Assembly (NCBI GenBank): GCA_963847605.1
Contig: CAWKAM010000043.1
Coordinates: forward strand, 7,636-71,635
Source of the DNA: an uncultured delta proteobacterium
GTDB taxonomy: Bacteria; Desulfobacterota; Desulfomonilia; UBA1062
Length of the DNA stretch: 64,000 bases
Direction: 5' to 3'
Notes under the pieces: model-generated
Seen by the model: only the letters and a program-made list of their open reading frames with translations
What the model was told of the DNA's origin: nothing
Databases searched by the model: none
Shown here: positions 1-10,327 of the stretch, piece after piece
Numbering within the stretch: the first letter of the stretch is position 1
How the letters are laid out: every line of letters starts with the position of its first letter
Program-made: the position numbers and the translations under genes

Positions 1-1
1 C

Positions 2-175
2 CTCATGGTGGTAGGCCACCTGCCCTTCATGGAACGGCTCGTGTCGTATATCATTACCGGGACGCCGGAAAAGCCTGTGATCCGGTTCAGGAACGGCGGT
101 ATCGTATGCCTTGAGTACGACCGGATGGAAAATACATGGGCCATAAGATGGGTGCTGACACCTGAGATTGCCTGA
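2..175 (+). CDS. 3' end of a phosphohistidine phosphatase SixA-like gene (partial, runs off the window start)
   Basis: Frame 2 is open from the window edge to TGA at 173..175. It translates to LMVVGHLPFMERLVSYIITGTPEKPVIRFRNGGIVCLEYDRMENTWAIRWVLTPEIA, which resembles the SixA C-terminus (vGH-P motif followed by the terminal beta-strands). Only 57 residues are visible. Confidence 0.4.
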   Translation, partial: LMVVGHLPFMERLVSYIITGTPEKPVIRFRNGGIVCLEYDRMENTWAIRWVLTPEIA

Positions 176-179
176 AAAG

Positions 180-917
180 ATGAACGATTCCTCAGCGCCG
201 CATATTCCGCAGATTTTTATCGGCACCTCGGGCTGGAACTATGGCCACTGGAGAGGGGTCTTCTATCCGGAAAATCTTGCCAAGACCAGATGGCTCTTAC
301 ACTATAGTGAAATATTCTCCACGGTGGAGGTGAATGCCACCTTTTACCGCCAGATGAGGCCGTCCACCTTTGAGAAATGGCGGGAAGGTACACCCGGCGG
401 GTTTCTCTGGTCCGTGAAGGCGAGCCGGTTCATCACCCACATCAGGAGGCTCCACGAAGTGAAAGAGCCGTTAAAGACATTCATGGAATCCTTAAGGCCC
501 CTTGGCGAAAAACTCGGCCCCGTCCTCTTCCAGCTCCCACCTTCGCTTACCTTTGACAAAGATCTTTTGGAATCATTCTGCTTACTTCTGCCGCAGGACA
601 GAAGATATACCATCGAGGCACGTCACAAGAGCTGGATGAGTGATAATGCACTATCCTGTCTGAAAGACTTTTGTATTGCCTGGTGTATATCCGATACGGC
701 AGGGCGCTATCCATACCTTGAAACCGTCACTACCGACTTTGCCTACATCCGTCTGCACGGCTCCGAAAAGCTCTATGCCTCATGCTACACAGAAGATGAG
801 CTGAAGGCATGGGCAGCAAAAATCCATGCCTGGGGTCTGGATACGTACGTATATTTTGACAATGACTTCATGGCATACGCCCCCATGAATGCGATGAGGC
901 TCAAGGAGCTTATCTGA
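180..917 (+). CDS. DUF72 (YecE-like) family protein
   Basis: The N-terminus IFIGTSGWNYGHWRGVFYPENL and the internal LGPVLFQLPPS are typical of the DUF72 family. ATG at 180 is preferred over the TTG at 168 used in the ORF track. Confidence 0.8.
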   Translation: MNDSSAPHIPQIFIGTSGWNYGHWRGVFYPENLAKTRWLLHYSEIFSTVEVNATFYRQMRPSTFEKWREGTPGGFLWSVKASRFITHIRRLHEVKEPLKTFMESLRPLGEKLGPVLFQLPPSLTFDKDLLESFCLLLPQDRRYTIEARHKSWMSDNALSCLKDFCIAWCISDTAGRYPYLETVTTDFAYIRLHGSEKLYASCYTEDELKAWAAKIHAWGLDTYVYFDNDFMAYAPMNAMRLKELI

Positions 918-977
918 TTTGGAAATCGCCCTGATCCGATTATAATTGTCAATGAAAACGTATCAAGGGGGTTTGTC

Positions 978-1526
978 ATGAGGTTCGGATATCTTGTTTT
1001 ATGTGTAAGCATTCTTGGTCTGATCATGGGGGCATCTTCATCGGCAGGTCTTAGCAGTGACGCATATGCCTTTGAGCTCAAGAGCACGGCATTCACGGCA
1101 GGGGGCATGATCCCATCGCCCTATACCTGCCAGGGAAAGGATATCTCACCGCCACTTGCATGGACAGGGGCTCCTGATGGTACTAAGGGCTTTGCCCTTA
1201 TCTGCGATGACCCGGATGCCCCTTTAGGCACATGGGTCCACTGGGTCTACTACAATATTCCCCCTTCATGCTCATCACTGCCGGAGGCCTCCCCGAAAAC
1301 CGAGAGACCGGCATTCGGGGGCATCCACGGCAAGAGCAGCTTCGGCGACTTCGGCTACGGCGGACCATGTCCGCCCTGGGGGACCCACCGGTACTATTTC
1401 CGGCTCTACGCGCTGGATACGCTGCTGATCCTGAAGCAGGGGGCTGGAAAAAAAGATGTACTGAAGGCCATGGAAGGCCATGTCCTGGCCAAGACCGAGC
1501 TCATGGGCATATACAAAAAAAAGTAG
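978..1526 (+). CDS. YbhB/YbcL family Raf-kinase-inhibitor-like (PEBP) protein, secreted
   Basis: A signal-peptide-like N-terminus is followed by PEBP motifs: FALICDDPDAP, WVHWVYYNIP and GTHRYYFRLYALD. Confidence 0.85.
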   Translation: MRFGYLVLCVSILGLIMGASSSAGLSSDAYAFELKSTAFTAGGMIPSPYTCQGKDISPPLAWTGAPDGTKGFALICDDPDAPLGTWVHWVYYNIPPSCSSLPEASPKTERPAFGGIHGKSSFGDFGYGGPCPPWGTHRYYFRLYALDTLLILKQGAGKKDVLKAMEGHVLAKTELMGIYKKK

Positions 1527-1607
1527 GGAAACGGCATTCAATCTTCCTCCGAAACCATGACCTTGCAGGGCATTCCTTGATGCGGTGAACCCCTGCCAGG
1601 CGTATAT

Positions 1608-3722
1608 TTATCTGTCTGTCATCGCCTCCTGTACTTTCCTGGCAAAATCATTTAAACTGAAGGGTTTCTGGATAAAATGCACCCCTTCTTCCAGCACTCC
1701 GTGATGCACAATGACGTTTGATGTGTATCCGGACATGAAGAGTACCTTGATATCGGGTCGGATGATCCCGAGCTTGTCCCTGAGCTCCCTGCCGCTCATG
1801 CCTGGCATGACCACATCCGTGATCACAAGGTCGAGGCGAGCATCCTTTTCTTCGCATATGGAAAGGGCCTCCAGGGGACTCCCCACAGCCAGGACCGAAT
1901 ACCCTATGGTCTTAAGCATATCCGTTGTCATCTTGCGCATCAGATCGTCGTCTTCCACCAAAAGGACTTTGCCTGATCCCAAAGCCACCGGTTGTTCGAG
2001 GATCTCTTCAGAGACTTCCACTCCATCCATGCTCCTGGGAAGATAGATCTTGAAGGTGGTACCCTGCCCCTGCTCACTGTAGACATTGATGAATCCATTG
2101 TTCTGCTGGACGATCCCATACACGGTCGCAAGCCCGAGCCCAGTGCCCTTACCGGTTTCTTTGGTGGTGAAAAAAGGTTCGAAAACATTTTGCAGGGTTT
2201 CCTTATCCATTCCTGAACCATTATCGCTTACTGCCAGCAGTACATAGGGACCGGGTGTGAATCCGAGATGCATCCGGCAATAGTCTTCATTCATGAGAAT
2301 ATTCGCTGTCTCAATGGTTAGTTTACCCCCATGGGGCATGGCGTCCCTGGCATTGACCGCAAGATTGACAAGGATCTGCTCCATCTGCGAGAGGTCGAAC
2401 CTGATACTCCAGAGGCCTTCCCCCGGATAGAAACGCAGGTCTATGTCCTCACCGATGAGCCGGGCAAGGGTCTTTTGCCTGCTTGAGATGAGGTCGTTGA
2501 GATTCATGGGCCTGGGCGAGATGATCTGCTTACGGGAAAAAGCCAGGAGCTGGGCGGTGATGTCCTTGGACCTTCCGGCCGCCCTCTCAATCTCCATTAA
2601 ATCGTGCAGCAAGGGATTGTCCGGTTCCAGCCGGAGCTTAATCAATTCCGTATATCCGAGAATAACGCTGAGCATATTGTTAAAATCATGCGCCACCCCA
2701 CCTGCAAGGCGTCCCACAGACTCCATTTTCTGTGCCTGAAGCAGTTGGCCCTCAAGCTTTGCTTTTTCATCTTCCGCCCGCTTGCGCTCGGTCACATCCC
2801 TCACCAAGACGCGGAAACCCTTTGGCCCTCCTGCCTGGTCTCGCAGGAGTGCGGCATTCGCTTGATGGGTGCGGACAGACCCGTCCTTGCGGATAATTTC
2901 ATAATCCATCATGAACTCTGAGTTACCTGACTCAAATATTCGGTGATAAACCTCATACATATGCCGTGCCGTTTCAGGAGAGGAGTAGTTTCGATAATTC
3001 ATGCCTATTAATTCATCGCGATCGTACCCCATCAGCCGGCAGGCAGCATCGTTGACAAAGGTGAGTGTACCCTTAAGATCATCCTCGAAATACCCTTCTT
3101 CCATAGTATCCAGGATGGTTCGATATCTCTCCTCGCTCTTCTTGAGAGCCTGTTCCGCCTCGATCCGCTCCGTGACATCCCTTCCCACGCCCCAGAATCC
3201 GATGGGCTCACCCGAAGGGCTGCGCATCAGGGAGACGGACATGTCAATCATCCTCCTGGACTCGTCCTTTCTGATGATCTCATGATCGAGAATTCGTTTC
3301 GGCCTGCCCGTGCGATAAATCTCGTTGAAGAATTGGTAAGCCCGCTTGGCCGTCTCCGGTGTGGTATAGGCCTTGTAATTCATGCCCATGAGCTCCTGGC
3401 GTGAATACCCGTGGTCCTCGCACAGGGAGTCATTGAAAAAGGTATAGTTGCCTTTCAGGTCAATCTCGAAGTATGATTCCTGCATACTTTCAAGGATAGT
3501 GCGGTACTTCTCCCCGCTCTCACGGATAATTTCTTCGGCTTGTTTGCGCTTGGTGAAATCGCAGCCAATGGTATTCATCATCTTGTTAAGCGCATCTGCC
3601 AGAGCGTCTATCTCATCATTCTTATCCGTTAAATCAAGCTGTAGCGAATAATCTCCTGTAGCAGCCCTTATGACTGCGTCAGTCATTGTTCTTATGCGTT
3701 CCTTTTTTGATTTCCCGGCCAT
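1608..3722 (-). CDS. PAS-domain hybrid sensor histidine kinase / response regulator (cytoplasmic, HAMP remnant at the N-terminus)
   Basis: A HAMP-like helix ([17 protein letters not shown]) is followed by two PAS repeats. The HisKA H-box is VAHDFNNML and the HATPase G-boxes are DNGSGMD and [11 protein letters not shown]-terminal receiver domain carries LLVEDDD...[14 protein letters not shown]...K. Confidence 0.9.
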   Translation of the reverse strand: MAGKSKKERIRTMTDAVIRAATGDYSLQLDLTDKNDEIDALADALNKMMNTIGCDFTKRKQAEEIIRESGEKYRTILESMQESYFEIDLKGNYTFFNDSLCEDHGYSRQELMGMNYKAYTTPETAKRAYQFFNEIYRTGRPKRILDHEIIRKDESRRMIDMSVSLMRSPSGEPIGFWGVGRDVTERIEAEQALKKSEERYRTILDTMEEGYFEDDLKGTLTFVNDAACRLMGYDRDELIGMNYRNYSSPETARHMYEVYHRIFESGNSEFMMDYEIIRKDGSVRTHQANAALLRDQAGGPKGFRVLVRDVTERKRAEDEKAKLEGQLLQAQKMESVGRLAGGVAHDFNNMLSVILGYTELIKLRLEPDNPLLHDLMEIERAAGRSKDITAQLLAFSRKQIISPRPMNLNDLISSRQKTLARLIGEDIDLRFYPGEGLWSIRFDLSQMEQILVNLAVNARDAMPHGGKLTIETANILMNEDYCRMHLGFTPGPYVLLAVSDNGSGMDKETLQNVFEPFFTTKETGKGTGLGLATVYGIVQQNNGFINVYSEQGQGTTFKIYLPRSMDGVEVSEEILEQPVALGSGKVLLVEDDDLMRKMTTDMLKTIGYSVLAVGSPLEALSICEEKDARLDLVITDVVMPGMSGRELRDKLGIIRPDIKVLFMSGYTSNVIVHHGVLEEGVHFIQKPFSLNDFARKVQEAMTDR

Positions 3723-4049
3723 ATGTGTCGGACCCTTTTATCCTTTCTCGTTAAAATATAAGCCACCATGCCTCAAAATCAATCATGGCCTGGAAACACA
3801 TGTTCTTGAGGCGCTCAAAAGGACTTATCATTTTAGTAAATGATATTATCATTTTTTATTGAATAAGCCCAGTCAAAGGATTGGGAAACCTGGGTGTATT
3901 TCATCTATCAATGATGAGCAAACTCCAATGAGGAAAGCTTCATGCCATTTCCATCCATGTAACCTCCCCATTTTGGAAATCCCCCTGCCGCATACACGGC
4001 CTTTGTGATAACAATGACCTTACCGTGTAGTTCCCGGCGAGGTAAGGGC

Positions 4050-4976
4050 ATGCATAAACCGGCATATAGTGTGCTCCATGCCAAAGGGCTTCTTAGGGAC
4101 AGGGCGGCAAAGGCACTGGCGCTACTTGAGAATTGCAAATTGTGCCCCCGCTCATGCGGGGTGAACCGGATCCAAGGAGAGATGGGCTTCTGCAAGACTC
4201 TCAGGTATGCAAAGGTGGCAAGCTTCGGCCCGCACTTCGGTGAAGAGGCACCGCTTGTAGGCACACATGGATCAGGCACTATCTTTTTCAGCTCGTGCAA
4301 CCTGCTCTGCTCTTTCTGCCAGAACTCCGACATCAGTCACCTTCGCGAAGGCGAGGAAGTGAGCCCGAAAGAGCTCGCCGGCATGATGCTGGACCTCCAA
4401 GACAGCGGGTGCCACAATATAAACTTCGTAACGCCATCACACGTGGTCCCCCAGATCCTGGAGGCCCTTGTCATTGCAGCTGATGTGGGTCTCGACCTGC
4501 CGCTGGTCTACAACACCGGCGGCTATGATGCCCTGGAGACACTCAGGCTGCTGGACGGTGTGTTCGACATCTATATGCCCGATTTCAAGTTTTGGGAAGA
4601 AGAGCCTGCAAAGATATTCTGCAGGGCACCGGATTACCGCAGGGTGGCATGCCAGGCATTCAAAGAGATGCATGCCCAGGTAGGGGACCTGATCCTAGAT
4701 GAACAAGGCATCGCACAAAGAGGGCTGCTCGTTCGGCACCTGGTCATGCCGGGCGGCCTTGCAGGCACGGAGCAGGTCATGCAATTTTTAGCGGGGGAGA
4801 TATCCCGGAATACCTATGTGAATGTCATGGACCAGTACCGGCCCTGCTACAAGGCTGAATCAGATTCGAGGATAGACAGAAGGATCACGGCTGCCGAATA
4901 TGAGGATGCCCGCCAGGCTGCTCGGAAAGCCGGGATACACCGGATCGACTCCCGAGTGAGGTTCATATTCAGATGA
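4050..4976 (+). CDS. radical SAM protein (PflX-like putative activating enzyme)
   Basis: The CxxxCxxC cluster is SSCNLLCSFCQN, and an upstream Cys motif is CKLCPRSCGVNR. ATG at 4050 has a GGTAAGGG Shine-Dalgarno-like sequence; the ORF track starts 45 nt earlier. Confidence 0.8.
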   Translation: MHKPAYSVLHAKGLLRDRAAKALALLENCKLCPRSCGVNRIQGEMGFCKTLRYAKVASFGPHFGEEAPLVGTHGSGTIFFSSCNLLCSFCQNSDISHLREGEEVSPKELAGMMLDLQDSGCHNINFVTPSHVVPQILEALVIAADVGLDLPLVYNTGGYDALETLRLLDGVFDIYMPDFKFWEEEPAKIFCRAPDYRRVACQAFKEMHAQVGDLILDEQGIAQRGLLVRHLVMPGGLAGTEQVMQFLAGEISRNTYVNVMDQYRPCYKAESDSRIDRRITAAEYEDARQAARKAGIHRIDSRVRFIFR

Positions 4977-5116
4977 TAAAATGACAGGTTCCATAATGGG
5001 TATGCATTTGCCCTTCCCCTTGAACGCCATATCCATCCACCCTACTGTATTGAAAGCAGATACGTTCTTGGCGGATAGGCGGAATCCTTGATGATCAAGT
5101 ACGGATTCAGGAGGAT

Positions 5117-7171
5117 GTGATGAGCAACCGGCTCAGAGATGAGACAAGCCCTTATCTTCTCCAGCACGCCCAAAACCCGGTGGACTGGTTCCCCTGGGGT
5201 GAGGAGGCGTTCGAGAATGCCCGAACCCAAGACAAGCCCATATTCCTCTCCATCGGCTATTCATCCTGCCATTGGTGCCACGAAATGGCGCATGAATGCT
5301 TTGAAGATGAGGAGGTTGCGGCACTCATGAACAAGACCTTCATTCCGGTGAAGGTGGACCGGGAGGAACTTCCCCACATCGATTATATCTACATGCAGGC
5401 TTGCCAGATCATGACCGGCAGCGGCGGATGGCCGCTCACCGTCATCCTGACGCCCGACAGGCAGCCCTTCTTTGCTGCGACCTATCTTCCTAAAAATACG
5501 AGGCAAGGCCTCATTGGCATGATGGAGCTGGTCCCGCTTGTGGGCAAGCTCTGGCACGAAAAGCGCCACGAGGTCATCAGCGAGGCCTCCCGGATCAGCC
5601 GGTTCATCAGGCAATCTGTCGCCGTACGGCCGGGCGAAGGACTGGACACCAGGCTCATTACCAGAACATATGCCGATCTTAAGAGTCGATTTTCTCAAGC
5701 CTATGGAGGGTTCGGCCCTGCGCCGAAATTCCCCATGCCGCATAACATCATGTTCCTGCTTAGATATTTCAGTCGGACACATGACCAGGATGCCCTGGGC
5801 ATGGCCGTCACAACACTTGACTCCATGCGGTTAGGCGGCATCTATGACCACGTGGGATTCGGGTTCCATCGCTATGCCACAGACGAGCAGTGGATTGTCC
5901 CTCACTTTGAGAAGATGCTCTACGACCAGGCCTTGCTCTCTATTGCCTATACGGAAGGCTACCAAGCGACCGGCAGAACGGATTTCAAAAAGACTGCAGA
6001 TGAAATCATTACCTATGTCCTCAGGGATATGCGCACACCTGAGGGGCTTTTTATAAGTGCACAGGACGCTGACAGCGAAGGCGGGGAAGGAAGATACTAT
6101 GTGTGGACCACTTCAGAGATAAAAGCCGCGCTTCTTGATGTCGACTACACGATTGCACGGGAGGCATTCTCTCTCCTCGACGAGGGGAATTTCGTTGAGG
6201 GCATGGAGACCGGGCTCAATATCATACACATGGAGCATGATGAGGAACACCTTGCTGAACGGTTTAATCTTAAGAAAGAAGTCTTTGTTGAGAGGTTAAA
6301 TCTGATCCTGGAAAAGCTGCGCAAGGCGCGCTCAGCCAGGGCAGCACCTTCTAAAGACTTCAAGGCGCTCACTGACTGGAACGGCCTCATGATCGCAGCC
6401 CTTGCCAAGGCAGGAGCGGTATTTGATAGATCCGAATATGTGGATGCAGCAAAGACGGCTGCGGACTTCATCCTGGGCAATATACTCGTGAATGGAAGTC
6501 TGAAGCATGTATACATGGCCGGTGCCGCACGTCTTGAAGGGGGTCTCGATGACTATGCATTCCTTATCTGGGGGCTTATCGAGCTCTATCAGGCCTGCTT
6601 TGAGCAGAGATATCTCAGTGCGGCCATCAAACTGAATACTGCACTCACAGATCACTTCCGGGATGGCCTTAATGGGGGGTTCATGTCCACTCTTAAGGCC
6701 GGCGATGTGCCTATAGCCCGTACAAAGACCGCTTATGACAACGCCGTACCGTCAGGCAACTCGGTGGCCATGCTCAACCTCCTGAGACTTGCAGGGCTCA
6801 CAAGCGACCTAACACTGAAAGACTTGGCACAAGAGACAGGCAAGGCCTTCTCCAACCTGGTAAGCCGCATCCCTTCGGCATATACCTTCATGATATGCGG
6901 CCTGGATTACCTGACAGGACCGAGCTATGAGGTGGTCATAGCAGGCGACCCTGAATGCCAGGACACCCGCGACATGATCCATGCCGTTCAAGGCCGGTTC
7001 CTGCCCCACATGACGGTGCGCCTCAAAAAAGGAGACAAGGACAGCGAAGAACCCCTGTTCAAGGACAAGCACTCTATTGAAGGCAAGGCCACGGCCTATG
7101 TATGCACAGACTCATCCTGCCTGGAACCCACAACGGATAGAGCCAAGATGCTCGAATACCTTTCATCTTAA
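5117..7171 (+). CDS. thioredoxin-domain protein of the DUF255/YyaL family (thioredoxin fold plus six-hairpin glycosidase-like domain)
   Basis: The N-terminus [47 protein letters not shown] is the hallmark of DUF255. The length of 684 aa is typical for the family. Confidence 0.85.
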   Translation: MMSNRLRDETSPYLLQHAQNPVDWFPWGEEAFENARTQDKPIFLSIGYSSCHWCHEMAHECFEDEEVAALMNKTFIPVKVDREELPHIDYIYMQACQIMTGSGGWPLTVILTPDRQPFFAATYLPKNTRQGLIGMMELVPLVGKLWHEKRHEVISEASRISRFIRQSVAVRPGEGLDTRLITRTYADLKSRFSQAYGGFGPAPKFPMPHNIMFLLRYFSRTHDQDALGMAVTTLDSMRLGGIYDHVGFGFHRYATDEQWIVPHFEKMLYDQALLSIAYTEGYQATGRTDFKKTADEIITYVLRDMRTPEGLFISAQDADSEGGEGRYYVWTTSEIKAALLDVDYTIAREAFSLLDEGNFVEGMETGLNIIHMEHDEEHLAERFNLKKEVFVERLNLILEKLRKARSARAAPSKDFKALTDWNGLMIAALAKAGAVFDRSEYVDAAKTAADFILGNILVNGSLKHVYMAGAARLEGGLDDYAFLIWGLIELYQACFEQRYLSAAIKLNTALTDHFRDGLNGGFMSTLKAGDVPIARTKTAYDNAVPSGNSVAMLNLLRLAGLTSDLTLKDLAQETGKAFSNLVSRIPSAYTFMICGLDYLTGPSYEVVIAGDPECQDTRDMIHAVQGRFLPHMTVRLKKGDKDSEEPLFKDKHSIEGKATAYVCTDSSCLEPTTDRAKMLEYLSS

Positions 7172-7465
7172 GGGATAACAGGAAGCCTTGAGGTGAACTT
7201 TCCTTTTTCCATGCCTTTTCTCCTTGACAAGCATCGGCCTTGTAGTATCTTATTAAACTGTAATTCTGTTATGGTATGAAGGAGGATTTCAGGATAACCA
7301 ACCGGACCAGTCAACTAAGAATACGGTGCTGTGACGAGCTGCTTAAAGCCCTTTCCACCTGAGCCTTCTGATTAATATTAAGCGCAATACCCTCTGGGAT
7401 TGATTTCAATTTAAGATGAATACCCCTCCTTTACCACGACCTCTCTTCATCGAAAGGGGTATGCA

Positions 7466-8152
7466 GTGGAAAAAGGCGTTGGTCTTGTGGAACTGCTCGT
7501 TTCACTTGCCTGTTCATCCATACTCATATTGGCGCTGTATCAGTTTTACCAAGTGTCGGCTGTTACCCATGAGGAGATGAGAGAGGCATGGTACTGCATG
7601 CAGTCCCTCCGGCAGGCCTCGATACAGCTGAACAGCGATATGGTGCAGTGCGCCTGCCTGCTGCCCCAGGACCTCAAGATTGCGGTTGCAGGCAGTCAGC
7701 TCTTCATTGCCGGAGTGCCCGTTACATCAGAGCATCCAGGCATCCAAATATCGCAAACAAGCCCCCCTTCATACTATACACTCATCATTTCCTCAACAGC
7801 GACAAGTGCGGTATTCGAAACCGTAGACATTGACAATGACGGTCACGCAGATTTCTGGGCAGACCTCGGCATGATCTCGGATAGCGGCCCCTGCGTAGCC
7901 TCACACAATTACAGCCGGGGCAGCACGAATGTTACTTTTGCATGCCCCAAAAGGCCCATACCCGGTGACAGGGTGGTACCGGCTGTCCATTATGAACTGA
8001 AGGAAGACGGTCTCTATCGAAACGGCCAACTCCTCGCCGAGTCGGTGGTTTTCTTTAATCCGATAATTTCAGAGAATGTTCTCACTATTCAAATGAGGTC
8101 CGACTATCATGGAACCAAAAAAGAACTATCATTATCCTACCCCATCCAATGA
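7466..8152 (+). CDS. prepilin-like (minor pilin / pseudopilin-like) protein
   Basis: The gene has a GTG start. MEKG|VGLVELLVSLA fits the prepilin cleavage/methylation pattern: Gly, then a hydrophobic helix with Glu at +5. I recognised no other domain. Confidence 0.55.
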   Translation: MEKGVGLVELLVSLACSSILILALYQFYQVSAVTHEEMREAWYCMQSLRQASIQLNSDMVQCACLLPQDLKIAVAGSQLFIAGVPVTSEHPGIQISQTSPPSYYTLIISSTATSAVFETVDIDNDGHADFWADLGMISDSGPCVASHNYSRGSTNVTFACPKRPIPGDRVVPAVHYELKEDGLYRNGQLLAESVVFFNPIISENVLTIQMRSDYHGTKKELSLSYPIQ

Positions 8153-10259
8153 GCACGGGTGGGTCCTTGCCTTCGTGCTCCTCCTCCTGGCAGTGATCCT
8201 GGGGCTTACCATGGCATCCGCATCCATAATGTTCTACCATATGAAATCGAGCAACGCGTTCTATCACATAATAAAGGGACAGCTCTTCTCTCCTCAAGAT
8301 GGAAACCCACCGTCTTCCACCCGCAGCCTTCTTGGATCACCTGAAGGGTGGGATCATATCTGTTTTTTCACAGAGCTTACCGAACAGGCCACCAGCACGA
8401 TGCGGTCTTATTCCTGGCGTGTTGCGCAGCGGGAACAATGCCCGGATATTCCAGAAAACATCATTCGGACCATCCAAAGACCGTACATAGTGGTTATCAT
8501 CGATGATTCACTAACCATGAATGCCTCATCCGATCAGGATTACCGGGATGAAGCCCTCTACATAAAGCAAACTGCGGGCTCCACGGTTCATATTTCCGAT
8601 ACATGTGAGTTGGCAGACACCCTCACATGTGCTGAAGGCATGTACTTTAGAGGTAGCTGGGGCAACTCATATCAGAGAGCCCCTGCACAAGGCGGTTTCT
8701 CCGGCGCTATGTCTGTGTGGGCAAAAACCTTTTCTTATGCCAGATCCCTCATTTCATCTTTAGAGCTGTGCGAAGTGGCCCTCATAAGTACTTCACACGG
8801 CACTATCAGCCCCTTCACCATGGACTGGCAAGAAATCATGGCAGCCCTTGACAGCGTCCATCCCTCATCCGGTTCGGCCCCCTTGGCTGAGGCCCTGTAT
8901 CAGGCAACCACACTATTCCCTTCGCAGTGCGTCACCGACAAGCACATCCTCCTGGTTACCGCAGGCGTGCCGGTTAAAGACGGACATCTCCCCTCCTGGC
9001 TCATGGACTATGATCATGACGGCAACTCAAAAGACATTGCCTTTGAGGGTGAGGGCTCCCACTGTCTTGACGATGTATCGGCCTATGCAAAATCTTTGGG
9101 TATTCATGTCCATGCCATTGGCAGAGAAACGGACTATCTGAAAAATGTTGCCGCCAAGGGTGGAGGCCGGTACATGCCCGGGCGGGAGATTTTCGCACCT
9201 GAGAAGGTGCTGGTTACCCAGCCGATGGTGCTTCTCAATGATCGGGAATTGACGCCTTCAAACTGCCTCGCCCGATTCGATCCGCCCTGGCTCAAAACCG
9301 ATCCATCCCTGTATTACCGGCAAGGTGTTGTGAATCCTTTCAGTCTGGTATCCTGCCCGGATCTTGTCTTAAACGGCCTTGCCCATGACCTTGACGTGGG
9401 CGAAGATGCCCTGTTCTTTACCACATCACGTGACCAGCTCATCAAGATCACCATGCCCACAGGCGAGCTGACCTGGCTCGTCACAGGCATCGGAGGGGCT
9501 GTGCTCCACCGAGGCGATCGGATCATAGCAGGGCCGAACAGGACAGGTTTCATCTCATGCATCGCCCAGGGGCCACAGGTCCTCTGGCAGCTCCGGGGGA
9601 CATGTATGGATGCATCCGATTCCACAGTCTATATCGGTAATGGTTCCCTCATGAGTGCATACAACCTTGAAGACGGCATGGTGCTTGCTCAACTCGACTT
9701 GAACCGTCCCATAAGCGTGGTGCGGTATGATCCGTGCACTGCACAGGTATTCACGGGTACCTCTGGCGGACTCGTCTCCATCATGAACCAGAGGCTCGAG
9801 CCTTTAGGAATCATAAACACCGTCGCCGGTGAGCCCATCATGGAGATACGGCCTTTCACCTGGCGCAAGAGGCTTCATCTCATTACGGCAAGCAGGACAA
9901 GGCTTGAGTGCCACACCCCTGAGCGCATTGAATGGTCTGTCTCTCTGGAAGATGGATCTCCCACGGGTATGGCAATCATGGACAACAAGATATTCTTAAG
10001 CACATGGAGAGAAGATGCTCCTTGTGGAGGTATCGACACCGGCGTATCAAAATTTCTGGATTTTGACGCCCTGACAGGGAAACAAACCGGCACAGAGACC
10101 ATGTTCATCGGCAGGTCATTTGGTCCGTCCCTTGATCCGGACCGGGGTGTCATGAAATTCATATCACCAACCGGCAAGGTCTTTGATAAGGATATCTCCA
10201 AGCTGCCGGGAATAATACCCTGCACCCTGGGGAGACGACTCGTCACACATATCGAGTGA
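8109..10259 (+). CDS. PilY1-like pilus-associated protein: PilX-like N-terminal anchor, VWA domain, beta-propeller-like C-terminal half
   Basis: The N-terminal helix GWVLAFVLLLLAVILGL has no Glu at +5. VWA-like beta-strands carry a MIDAS-like motif (IVVIIDDSLTM, later HILLVTAG). A DxDxDG loop (DYDHDGNSKD) is present. The C-terminal half shows repeated PQQ-like propeller patterns. The gene sits among pilin genes. Confidence 0.6.
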   Translation: MEPKKNYHYPTPSNEHGWVLAFVLLLLAVILGLTMASASIMFYHMKSSNAFYHIIKGQLFSPQDGNPPSSTRSLLGSPEGWDHICFFTELTEQATSTMRSYSWRVAQREQCPDIPENIIRTIQRPYIVVIIDDSLTMNASSDQDYRDEALYIKQTAGSTVHISDTCELADTLTCAEGMYFRGSWGNSYQRAPAQGGFSGAMSVWAKTFSYARSLISSLELCEVALISTSHGTISPFTMDWQEIMAALDSVHPSSGSAPLAEALYQATTLFPSQCVTDKHILLVTAGVPVKDGHLPSWLMDYDHDGNSKDIAFEGEGSHCLDDVSAYAKSLGIHVHAIGRETDYLKNVAAKGGGRYMPGREIFAPEKVLVTQPMVLLNDRELTPSNCLARFDPPWLKTDPSLYYRQGVVNPFSLVSCPDLVLNGLAHDLDVGEDALFFTTSRDQLIKITMPTGELTWLVTGIGGAVLHRGDRIIAGPNRTGFISCIAQGPQVLWQLRGTCMDASDSTVYIGNGSLMSAYNLEDGMVLAQLDLNRPISVVRYDPCTAQVFTGTSGGLVSIMNQRLEPLGIINTVAGEPIMEIRPFTWRKRLHLITASRTRLECHTPERIEWSVSLEDGSPTGMAIMDNKIFLSTWREDAPCGGIDTGVSKFLDFDALTGKQTGTETMFIGRSFGPSLDPDRGVMKFISPTGKVFDKDISKLPGIIPCTLGRRLVTHIE

Positions 10260-10327
10260 ATTCAAGAAGAATCTAATGAATACCGATTATGCACTTACTA
10301 ACTTCTTTCCCACAGGGAGGTGCTTGA

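Noticed and set aside
7172-7465. I considered a possible c-di-GMP riboswitch (GEMM-type) in the 294-nt leader of the pilus cluster.
   Set aside because: I could not find the conserved GEMM core elements (for example the ACGCAAAGC-type segment and the tetraloop/receptor arrangement). Only the SD-sequestering hairpin reported separately is visible.
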